The notes under the pieces were generated by a model that saw only the letters and a program-made list of their open reading frames with translations, was not told the origin of the DNA and ran no database searches. Position numbers and translations under genes: made by a program. Shown here piece after piece: positions 38,147-46,691 of a stretch of DNA of 64,000 nucleotides; positions within the stretch are counted from its first letter, which is position 1; every line of letters starts with the position of its first letter. Source of the stretch: an uncultured bacterium (GTDB taxonomy: Bacteria > Acidobacteriota > Vicinamibacteria > Vicinamibacterales > UBA8438); assembly GCA_963934795.1 (NCBI GenBank), contig CAWWAF010000005.1, positions 5,112-69,111 of the forward strand. Reading direction: 5' to 3'.

Positions 38147-40626
38147 GACTCCGATCTCCTCATCTGAAACGGCATGCTTTCGACGACACCAAGGATAATC
38201 GACGACCAGCGATAGTCGTCTGCCGCCTCGGCGACAATCTTCCGGATGGCCGGCTGATCGGCCGCCGCCATGCGTCGGCCAATCGCGTAGGTCAGCAATT
38301 TTTCGGTCACGGTTCGCACAAAACTCGTTTCGTGGGCCAACACCGCACGACGCAGCGCCGCCGGCCCGTCGATCTGGGTGCCATCGGCCAAGGCGCCGGC
38401 CGCGTCGACGGGGGCCCCATACGGATCGACGGTCCGCCACCGCCCGATGGCATCAAAATGTTCCATGGCGAAACCGGGCGGGTCCATCATTCGATGACAC
38501 GTCGCGCATGCCGGATTCGCACGATGCATCTCTAGGCGCTCGCGGACCGACTTGGGCTCGACGTCTCCATGATTGTCTTCGAGCGCGGGCACATCATCCG
38601 GTGGAGCGGACGGCGGCATGCCGAGCAGGTTATCCAGCACCCACTTGCCTCGGAGGACTGGCGACGTACGGGTCGGGTAGGCGGTCAGGGTCAGCAGGCT
38701 CGCCTGCCCGAGAAGGCCACCTCGGTCGTCGTCCACCGCGACGCGCCGAAACCGCTCGCCGTATACCCCGGTGATGCCGTAGTGACGTGCAAGTCGCTCG
38801 TTGACGAACGTGTGGTTCGCGCTCAGCAACTGGGGCAGTCCGTAGTCCTGCTCGATGGCGTCTTCAAGAAACAACCGGGTCTCTTGCTCCATGTCCGAGC
38901 GGAGGTTCTCGTCAAAATCGTAGAACACATCTGTGTCAGGAATCACCCCGCGAATGCGGCCGAGCTGCAACCACTGGGTGGCGAAGGTGTCCACCAACGC
39001 GCGCGCCTTCGGGTGAGACAGCATTCTGCGCACCTGCCGTTCGCGCTCCGCGGGGTCACTCAGCCGACCGGCCTCCGCTGCCGCGAGCAACGGCTCGTCG
39101 GGGATATCGCTCCACAAGAAGAGCGACAAACGCGACGCTAGTTCCAGATCGCTGAGTCCGTACGCCGCACCAGTCTCCACGTCGACAGGATCTCGTTCAA
39201 TGCGAAACAGAAACTCCGGAGCTACCAATAGCCGCTCGATCGCCTTCTGAATTCCGGTGTCGAACCCATTGGCGTCCCGCCCGGCCTCATAGAACGGTCG
39301 CAGCGTTGCCACATCCGCATCGGTGGCCGGTCGCCGATACGCGCGCCGAGCCAACTCGGACAAAATCTGGGTGGCGCACGCCGTTTCGGCCGCCGACGCG
39401 ACGCTGCCAGTGTCCGTTGCGCCATCGGCCGAGCTACTGGGAGAGCACGTAAAGATCTGCCTTCGACTGGCGGTCTCTCCTGCGCCGCTCGCGGCATACG
39501 GACCGGCTACCTCGATTCGCTCGACCGCGGCGTTCCCGTCGTAGAAACCCAGCCCGCTGAGGGAAAAGCCGGACAGGCGCCGCTCGAGCACGCCGGTGGG
39601 CTCGGTGCGTGCCCCCACGAAGGACACGCCCAAACGATGCATGCCGGCCTCGGCGGGGAACCGGACCACGAGTCCAGCGTCCGCGTCGATAGACACAAAC
39701 TGCTCCCAGTCCGGGTCTCCCCGAATGGTTCCAAAGAAGCTATAGGCCGAGGGATACCCCACCCGATCCGCCCCCCCTACCGTGAACCGTTTCACCAACG
39801 CCCCATCCAGGCGCACCTCGACCTGCTGCTCGGTCCCCATGCCGACGATGTAGTCGTAGATCATCCGGCGCAGGCGGACCTTCACCTCGTACTCGCCGTC
39901 CAACGGAAAGTAGTGCCGAACCGCCAACCCACCGCGTGACCCGAACGGCAGGTCATCGCTCATCCGTTCGTCTTGGTAGAGCAGACGCGGGGTGTCGTAG
40001 GTCGTCGCGGCAAACCCCGGTCCGACGCTCAGGTCACCCACGGCCAATCGGCTGATCCGATTCGCTGCCGACAGGTAGCGGTCGAAGAGGGCGGGTGATA
40101 CCGACAAGACGTCGCCGTTGGTGGCAAAGCCGTCCTGGTCGACATCGTCTGGCGGAAACAGCAACCAACGTTCGTCAGCATCGACCGCGAGCAGGCTGCT
40201 GACGGCGTGTCGGTACTCTGTGGCGGTGAGGCGACGAACGGGTGGACGACCTGGATCGGGATGGCTCGCCGCCGCCTCGTCGAGCGCCGTTTCCAACTGC
40301 GTCACGAACCGTCGGTGTTCATCAGGATCGGGCTGCGGGCTGCCAACCGGCGGCATCATGCCGAGGCGCAGTTTACGCACCGCCTGTTCCCAGAGCTCGG
40401 TATCGGCCGATACGTCGGCGGCGTCCACGTGCTCGAACGAGACGGGCGCCGCCCCTTGCGCCACACGCTGGTCACTGTGGCAACTCACGCAGTACTGGTT
40501 CACCAGCGCCTGGCGTGCCTCCGCCTCTGCGACCGTGGGAGCCGGTTGAGCCCAGACGGCACTCTGCATCAACAGTGCGGCGGTTGCCGTCACTGCTCCC
40601 GCACGCCGCGCCAACCGTCTGGACAT
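38143..40626 (-). CDS. DUF1592-family diheme cytochrome c protein, copy 2
   Basis: YCVSCH, RKLRLGMMPP, ELASRLSLFLWSDIPD, TSPVLRGKWVLDN, CATCH, KLLTYAIGR; ATG 40626 follows GGGAG. Confidence 0.88.
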   Translation of the reverse strand: MSRRLARRAGAVTATAALLMQSAVWAQPAPTVAEAEARQALVNQYCVSCHSDQRVAQGAAPVSFEHVDAADVSADTELWEQAVRKLRLGMMPPVGSPQPDPDEHRRFVTQLETALDEAAASHPDPGRPPVRRLTATEYRHAVSSLLAVDADERWLLFPPDDVDQDGFATNGDVLSVSPALFDRYLSAANRISRLAVGDLSVGPGFAATTYDTPRLLYQDERMSDDLPFGSRGGLAVRHYFPLDGEYEVKVRLRRMIYDYIVGMGTEQQVEVRLDGALVKRFTVGGADRVGYPSAYSFFGTIRGDPDWEQFVSIDADAGLVVRFPAEAGMHRLGVSFVGARTEPTGVLERRLSGFSLSGLGFYDGNAAVERIEVAGPYAASGAGETASRRQIFTCSPSSSADGATDTGSVASAAETACATQILSELARRAYRRPATDADVATLRPFYEAGRDANGFDTGIQKAIERLLVAPEFLFRIERDPVDVETGAAYGLSDLELASRLSLFLWSDIPDEPLLAAAEAGRLSDPAERERQVRRMLSHPKARALVDTFATQWLQLGRIRGVIPDTDVFYDFDENLRSDMEQETRLFLEDAIEQDYGLPQLLSANHTFVNERLARHYGITGVYGERFRRVAVDDDRGGLLGQASLLTLTAYPTRTSPVLRGKWVLDNLLGMPPSAPPDDVPALEDNHGDVEPKSVRERLEMHRANPACATCHRMMDPPGFAMEHFDAIGRWRTVDPYGAPVDAAGALADGTQIDGPAALRRAVLAHETSFVRTVTEKLLTYAIGRRMAAADQPAIRKIVAEAADDYRWSSIILGVVESMPFQMRRSES

Positions 40627-40924
40627 AACTCCCCGTAGCCAACCCGTCGGCCGGCACACTCAAATATCGCGATGGAACCACTGTAGTGGCGGGCGACGGG
40701 TAAATCAACACCGTTCGACTCGGCGGAATCGTCCACTGGCGGCGTCCTTGGCTCACCCCTGCGACCGCGACACGGCGCGGTCACCGTCTTACATGGTCTC
40801 GTGGTCAATCCGAGCGGCACCATCGATATCGGCGAAACCCTGGAAACGACCGCGTCCAGCGAACACCCCCTTGTGCCGACGGGAATGCTATCCTGACGAC
40901 GGTTCTCCCCACTGAGGTATCTGT

Positions 40925-41911
40925 GTGACCACGCAACCCGCTCGACACGCCGTGCGACTGGCGCTCGTCATCGTCACGTTGACCCTGACCACGCCCGCGA
41001 GTGTGCTCGCACAATCGTCGCAGGGACTACGTACGCCCTGGGGTGACCCTGACCTGCAAGGTCTGTGGACGAACGCCACCCTGACACCGGTGGAGCGGCC
41101 AGATGCGATGGCCGACAAGACCGTGCTGACGGCCGAGGAAGCGGCGGAGCTCGAGGTCAGGTCGGCCGAGGACCGCGCCGCATCGGACACCTTTATTCCT
41201 GGCAACGTCGGGGCCTACAACCAGTTTTGGATGGACGGCGGCACGAACGTGACGGGCGACCGACGAACGGCGCTGATCGTCGATCCGCCCGATGGCAAAA
41301 TTCCCTGGACCCCCGCAGGACGCCAGCGACTGGCCTCGGATTCGGCCAGATACGGCGTGGGACCGTTCAACACCTACGAAGACGCGGACACAGGAGAGCG
41401 CTGTCTTACGGACGGTCTCCCTTTTGTTCCGCTCCAGGGATACAACATGAACTACCACATCCTGCAGTCGCCAGGGTGGGTGGCCATTCTCACCGAGATG
41501 TTCCACGACGTGCGTTTGATTCCGGTCGATGGCCGGGACCACGTGCCGCCGCATGTCGGCCAGACGCTGGGAGACTCCCGCGGGCGATGGGAGGGCGAGA
41601 CGCTGGTCGTAGAGACCACCAGCTTCTCCGACAAGAGCGACTTTCTGTGGCGAGCGACCTGGCGCGCAGCGCGGCCCAGCCTGCATCTGGTCGAACGGTT
41701 CACCCGGCTGGACGACGAGACCATCGACTACCAGTTCACCATGTCGGACCCGGACATGTTCACCCAACCGTGGACAGCATCGGTGCCGATGACGACCAAC
41801 CAAGCGTCCCGCGGCGTCACCGCGGGACCGATGTATGAGTACGCGTGCCACGAAGGCAACTACGGCCTCCGCAACATTCTCCGTGGCGCACGCACCGAAG
41901 AACTTGACTGA
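40925..41911 (+). CDS. Secreted hypothetical protein, 'RC...ACHEGN' family (paralog 2)
   Basis: RTPWGDPDLQGLW, DPPDGKIP, GERC, GDSRGRWEGETLVVET, YEYACHEGNY; TGATG overlap with the PQQ gene. Confidence 0.8.
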   Translation: MTTQPARHAVRLALVIVTLTLTTPASVLAQSSQGLRTPWGDPDLQGLWTNATLTPVERPDAMADKTVLTAEEAAELEVRSAEDRAASDTFIPGNVGAYNQFWMDGGTNVTGDRRTALIVDPPDGKIPWTPAGRQRLASDSARYGVGPFNTYEDADTGERCLTDGLPFVPLQGYNMNYHILQSPGWVAILTEMFHDVRLIPVDGRDHVPPHVGQTLGDSRGRWEGETLVVETTSFSDKSDFLWRATWRAARPSLHLVERFTRLDDETIDYQFTMSDPDMFTQPWTASVPMTTNQASRGVTAGPMYEYACHEGNYGLRNILRGARTEELD

Positions 41912-44022
41912 TGACCAATCGCACCCTGCTCTCATTCATCTGTGCGCTCTCCGTGTTGGCCTGCGCGGCCCCCGCGTCGCAGGCCCAGCCCTGGCAGACC
42001 TACGACACCTCGAATGGCGAGTGGCGCAGCTACGCCGGTGACATCGGTGGCACGAAGTATTCGCCGCTGGCTCAAATAGACGCCGGTAACTTCGCCGATC
42101 TCGAGCTGGCCTGGGAATGGACCTCGGTCGACAATTTCGTCAGCAAGACGATGCCAGACGGCAGCGAATGGTGGGCCCCGCTGGACACCATCGTCGACCA
42201 TCTCGTGGAAGAAACCCCCGACCTCTACCGGATTGGGCATCCGCCGAACCCCAGCGGCTTCCAGGCGACGCCACTGATGGTCGGTGGCGTCCTGTATTTC
42301 AATACCCCGCTGTCCCAGGGGGTAGCAGTCGACGCGGTAACCGGCGAGACGCTGTGGGTCTTCAACCCGAAGAGCTACGAGGCGGGCACAACCACGATGA
42401 CCGGCACGTGGCGTCAGCGCGGTGTTGCCTACTGGACGGATGGCGACGCGGACGAACGAATCTACTGGGGCACTGGCGACGGCTACCTTGTGTGCGCGAA
42501 CGCGAAGAACGGCCAACCGTGCGCCAACTTCGGACCCGACGGCAGCGGGATGGTTGACGCCATGACCGGCGTCCCCCGAGCCAACCGAGGCGAGCGTGAC
42601 TATCTGAATGCGTTGACCTACGGCATTCACTCCCCGCCGATCGTGGTCCGTGACCGGATCATCCACGGTTCGCACGTGGCGGACCGACGCATTACCAAGG
42701 AGGCCATTCCTGGATGGGTTCGCGCCTGGGACGCCCGCACGGGCGAGCATGCGTGGGATTTCCACACCATTCCGAACAGTGGTGATGAATTTGGCGCTGA
42801 CACGTGGGCCAACGAATCGTGGCGCTATTCAGGGAATGCGAATGTCTGGTCGATGCTGGCCGGCGACAACGAACTGGGCTATGTCTACCTGCCCACCGGA
42901 ACCACCACCAACGACTACTACGGTGCCGACCGACTCGGGGACAATCTCTACTCGGAGACGTTGATTGCCGTCGACATCGAGACCGGTCAACGGGCCTGGC
43001 ACTTCCAGGCGGTGCATCACGGATTGTGGGACTACGACTTCCCCACCCACCCGAATCTCCTCGACGTCACCGTGGATGGGCGCGACATTCAGGCGATCAC
43101 CCAGGTCAGCAAGCAGGGGTTTGTCTATACGTTCGACCGGGTGACTGGCGAACCAGTCTGGCCCATCGAAGAGCGACCGGTGCCACAAGAGACCAACATG
43201 CCGGGCGAGGTACCGGCGGCCACCCAGCCCTTCCCCACCCGACCGGCGCCGTTCGACTACCAGGGCATCACGATTGATGACCTCGTCGACTTCACGCCAG
43301 AGATACGCCAGATGGCGATCGACGCGGTCGAGGGCTTCACGCTTGGCCCACTGTTCCAGCCGCCGAATCGTCCCGTCGCAGGCGAGACCCTCGGCACCAT
43401 CATGCGCCCCCCCCCGGGTGGCAGCGCTGGATGGGCGGGCGGCGCGGTCGACCCGGAGACGGGCATGCTCTACATCCCGTCACGCAATCAAGTCTCCGTC
43501 GTCGGGCTATATGCGGCGCAGAGCACAGCCGGCGCCACCGTCGAATTTACCCACGGCGCGCCGGAGGCGGAGCGCATGCAGCAACTGCGGGACGGTGTCC
43601 GGACGGGGCCGCAGATGCCCCAGGGCCTGCCGCTCCTCAAACCGCCCTACTCCCGCATGTCAGCCATCGACATGAACACTGGCGACTACGAATGGGTGGT
43701 GCCGACCGGCAGTGGGGATCGCGTTCGCAACCACCCGCGCCTCCGGGATCTCAACCTACCCCCACTCGGCGGAGACAACGCGACCAACGGACCGCTGCTG
43801 ACGAAGACGCTGCTCATCTATTGCCTGACGGCCGGCAGCTCATCCGGTGGACCGCGCCTGGTGGCCTATGACAAGGCATCGGGTGACGAGCTGGCCTCCC
43901 TCGATCTCCCGTCGGGCGCAATCGGCACCCCCATGACCTATATGGTGGACGGCCGCCAGTACATCGCCCTTACGGTTGGTGGAGGCCCCCGCCTGGTCGC
44001 ATTCGCCCTCCCCGAAGCGTAG
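41911..44022 (+). CDS. PQQ-dependent dehydrogenase, glucose-dehydrogenase-like, exported
   Basis: EWRSYAGDIGGTKYSPL, QATPLMVGG, HHGLWDYDFPT, KQGFVYTFDRVTGEP, PMTYMVDGRQY. Confidence 0.9.
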   Translation: MTNRTLLSFICALSVLACAAPASQAQPWQTYDTSNGEWRSYAGDIGGTKYSPLAQIDAGNFADLELAWEWTSVDNFVSKTMPDGSEWWAPLDTIVDHLVEETPDLYRIGHPPNPSGFQATPLMVGGVLYFNTPLSQGVAVDAVTGETLWVFNPKSYEAGTTTMTGTWRQRGVAYWTDGDADERIYWGTGDGYLVCANAKNGQPCANFGPDGSGMVDAMTGVPRANRGERDYLNALTYGIHSPPIVVRDRIIHGSHVADRRITKEAIPGWVRAWDARTGEHAWDFHTIPNSGDEFGADTWANESWRYSGNANVWSMLAGDNELGYVYLPTGTTTNDYYGADRLGDNLYSETLIAVDIETGQRAWHFQAVHHGLWDYDFPTHPNLLDVTVDGRDIQAITQVSKQGFVYTFDRVTGEPVWPIEERPVPQETNMPGEVPAATQPFPTRPAPFDYQGITIDDLVDFTPEIRQMAIDAVEGFTLGPLFQPPNRPVAGETLGTIMRPPPGGSAGWAGGAVDPETGMLYIPSRNQVSVVGLYAAQSTAGATVEFTHGAPEAERMQQLRDGVRTGPQMPQGLPLLKPPYSRMSAIDMNTGDYEWVVPTGSGDRVRNHPRLRDLNLPPLGGDNATNGPLLTKTLLIYCLTAGSSSGGPRLVAYDKASGDELASLDLPSGAIGTPMTYMVDGRQYIALTVGGGPRLVAFALPEA

Positions 44023-44040
44023 CGGACCGCCCGCCCCGGC

Positions 44041-45456
44041 ATGACCGCCAAGAGAGCGACATCGGCATCCGCGTCCGTGGTGGCAGCGCGGCGCACCCGA
44101 TGCCATGCCGGCGCGCTAGCGATGCTAGTGTTCCTTGGCGCCTGCGGCGGTGTCGCCCCCCTCTCGGCCCAAGACGAACCTCGACTGCTCGACAAGAACC
44201 GCGGCGCGTTCCCGGCCGCACCCAGATCCGGCACCGGCGCACTGGCTGGTCCCGTCCGCGATGCGCTAACAGACATCGCGCCGGCCTTGCGGCAGCAGCG
44301 GTTTCCGACGGATGCGGTTCGCACCATTGGCTCCTCCGGGGACCCGCGCCTCCTTTGGTACCTCTATGACCTGCTGCGTCTCACGTCGAGCGACTCGCTA
44401 CCTGTGGTGGTCCAGGCATTCGAGACGCTGAGTGGCAGTTCACTGGCCAGCGAGCCGTTGACCACCATGGGTGATCGCATCTTGGCGTGGGATCTCCCGG
44501 CCCCTCCAGACTATCGGCGCCTCAAACGCGATCTGTTTCTGCTGATCGAGCCGCGCTGGGCGCCGTTCTTCGACGACGAAGACTCCACCATCGACTGGCG
44601 GCTTGTCGGGTGGGGTGGCGTGTTCATCGACGACCGGCCCGTCGCCACCGCGGGCGAAATCTGCCCTCGCGGGTGCATCCCGGCCCTGGACGAACCGGCT
44701 GTGACCGATGCTGAGGGCGGGTCCTGGTATCCGGACCAGTCCCTGGTGTTTGGCGTGGTCGTCGGCGGGGAGGCCCGCGCGTACCCGAAGCACATCATGG
44801 AAATACACGAGATGGTCAACGACACCCTCGGCGGGCGACGGCTGGCCATCCCCTACTGCACGCTGTGTCTGTCTGCGCAGGCGTACTTCACCGACGACGT
44901 CGACGGGTTTGAACCCCTCCTGCGAACCTCGGGGCTGTTGTCACGCTCAAACAAGTTCATGTACGACGTCACCACCTTCTCGGCCGTGGATACCTTCACG
45001 GGAGAAGCCATCTCTGGACCGCTGCTCGATGCCGATGTCACGCTCGCGCAGACCACTGTCGTCACGTCCCCCTGGGGTGCCTGGCGCGCGGCGCACCCGG
45101 ACACGACGATCATCGCGGAGGATGGCGGTATCGGCCGGCGCTACCCGGTCAATCCTCTACGCGGGCGGGACGACGCCGGGCCGATCTTTCCGGTGGGCGA
45201 CGTCGATCCCCGGCTGGGCGTGCACGAGGTGGTGGTGGGAGTACTCAATGCGGAAGGGCTCCCGGTCGCGTTCCCGGTCGCACCAACTCGGCTGGCACTG
45301 AACGCGGGTGAGGAGGTCTCCCTGGCCGGGGTCACACTGCAACCTGATTCCGGTGGCCTCCGCGCGTTCATCAACGGTTCGGAGACCCCCGCGCATGAAG
45401 CGTTCTGGTTTGCGTGGAGTCAGTTTCAACCGAGAACGCGCTTGTGGGCGCGCTAG
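44041..45456 (+). CDS. DUF3179 domain protein, probable lipoprotein
   Basis: WGGV, IPALDEP, GEARAYP..IM..HEMVND, YCTLC, TSGLLSRSNKFMYD, FWFAWSQFQPRT; FLGA-C lipobox-like. Confidence 0.8.
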   Translation: MTAKRATSASASVVAARRTRCHAGALAMLVFLGACGGVAPLSAQDEPRLLDKNRGAFPAAPRSGTGALAGPVRDALTDIAPALRQQRFPTDAVRTIGSSGDPRLLWYLYDLLRLTSSDSLPVVVQAFETLSGSSLASEPLTTMGDRILAWDLPAPPDYRRLKRDLFLLIEPRWAPFFDDEDSTIDWRLVGWGGVFIDDRPVATAGEICPRGCIPALDEPAVTDAEGGSWYPDQSLVFGVVVGGEARAYPKHIMEIHEMVNDTLGGRRLAIPYCTLCLSAQAYFTDDVDGFEPLLRTSGLLSRSNKFMYDVTTFSAVDTFTGEAISGPLLDADVTLAQTTVVTSPWGAWRAAHPDTTIIAEDGGIGRRYPVNPLRGRDDAGPIFPVGDVDPRLGVHEVVVGVLNAEGLPVAFPVAPTRLALNAGEEVSLAGVTLQPDSGGLRAFINGSETPAHEAFWFAWSQFQPRTRLWAR

Positions 45457-45532
45457 GGAACGCCTCGGTGGCGGTGAAGGGACGGGCCCGAGTCGCTCTC
45501 TCGGTGACCGTCACCGGGGCGCGAACCAGCCC

Positions 45533-46549
45533 TCAACGACCGTCCACTGCCGCGTCCGCCAACCGAGCAGTTCGGAGCATGCCGCCCATCGAGACATTGC
45601 CTTCGTGACAGGCGAATTCGAAGAGCGTCTGGTCGCGGCGCTTCAACGGGATCTCCGCCGTCCACGGTGACTCCCAAGTGGTGGGGTCAGTGAATGTGAG
45701 CTGATACAGGATGGTGTCTGGCCCGGTCCGCGTGAACCGCTCGACGAGGTGCAACTCGCCGGCGGAACCGTAGAAGTAGCTACCAGACGCGAAGTTTCGC
45801 GTCTCGACCACCAGCGTGTCGCCATCCCAGTGGCCCCGCGGGTCGCCGTTCCACTGCCGGATGTTCTGCGACAGGTGTGGGTGTCCGTCGAGCGCGATCA
45901 GCCGGGCGTCATGAAACGCTTCACTCAGGAACGCCAGATGATCCGGGGTCTGCACGATTTGATAGAAGGTGTAGGGGCCCGAACCGAAATTCCCCCCCAG
46001 CCTCGGCACGCCGGTCGTCACGCAACGGTGAAAGTTGTTCAGGTCCTCTGGACCGGTCTTGAACTCCCAGCCGGTGTCCACACGCGCCTCGCGCGCCTGC
46101 CCGGCTGCGGTTAGGGCTGGAATGCGACCGTCGGGCGGGTCGATGACCTGCGACGTCCTGTTCGTGAACTCCACATCGACCATCCCAAGAGAGTTGCTGG
46201 TCGAGGACGGACCACCGTAGGTATCAACGTCATTCAACGCCGCGAAGAACGCCCCTTCCGGCGTCGTGAAGGCGCTACGGCCGTTCTGGAAAATACGGCC
46301 CGCGCGCGCGCGGAGCGTCGCGACCTCTTCATCGGTCAGAAACTCGCGCCCCTCGAAAACCGGCGGACGCTGCAACGGCGTGGCAGTGTTGCTGAGCCAG
46401 ACGCCTTGCAGATCAGGCCGCCCGTCGGACAAGCGAGGCGGGGTCCAGTCCTCAGCCGACTCGGTCTGCGCACCGGCGGGCACGACCGCACACAGCAACC
46501 CGATCGACGCCATCACCACCACGACGCGAGCCAGACCACTGAAGCACAT
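45533..46549 (-). CDS. Secreted hypothetical protein, 'RC...ACHEGN' family (paralog 3)
   Basis: DGRPDLQGVW, TPLQRP, DPPDGRIP, HRC, WNGDPRGHWDGDTLVVET, FEFACHEGNV; AAGGAGG Shine-Dalgarno. Confidence 0.8.
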   Translation of the reverse strand: MCFSGLARVVVVMASIGLLCAVVPAGAQTESAEDWTPPRLSDGRPDLQGVWLSNTATPLQRPPVFEGREFLTDEEVATLRARAGRIFQNGRSAFTTPEGAFFAALNDVDTYGGPSSTSNSLGMVDVEFTNRTSQVIDPPDGRIPALTAAGQAREARVDTGWEFKTGPEDLNNFHRCVTTGVPRLGGNFGSGPYTFYQIVQTPDHLAFLSEAFHDARLIALDGHPHLSQNIRQWNGDPRGHWDGDTLVVETRNFASGSYFYGSAGELHLVERFTRTGPDTILYQLTFTDPTTWESPWTAEIPLKRRDQTLFEFACHEGNVSMGGMLRTARLADAAVDGR

Positions 46550-46691
46550 ACGCCCCTCCTTCGGTTGCGGCCATTCTATGGCACACCGCTCGCTTCGCCT
46601 ACCGCCGTGCCGACGCTCGACGCCTCCTGGTATCCGAGAGAGAGCCCATGAGCAGACTCACCCGCCGGGGCGGTCCCGGCCATCCAGTGTC

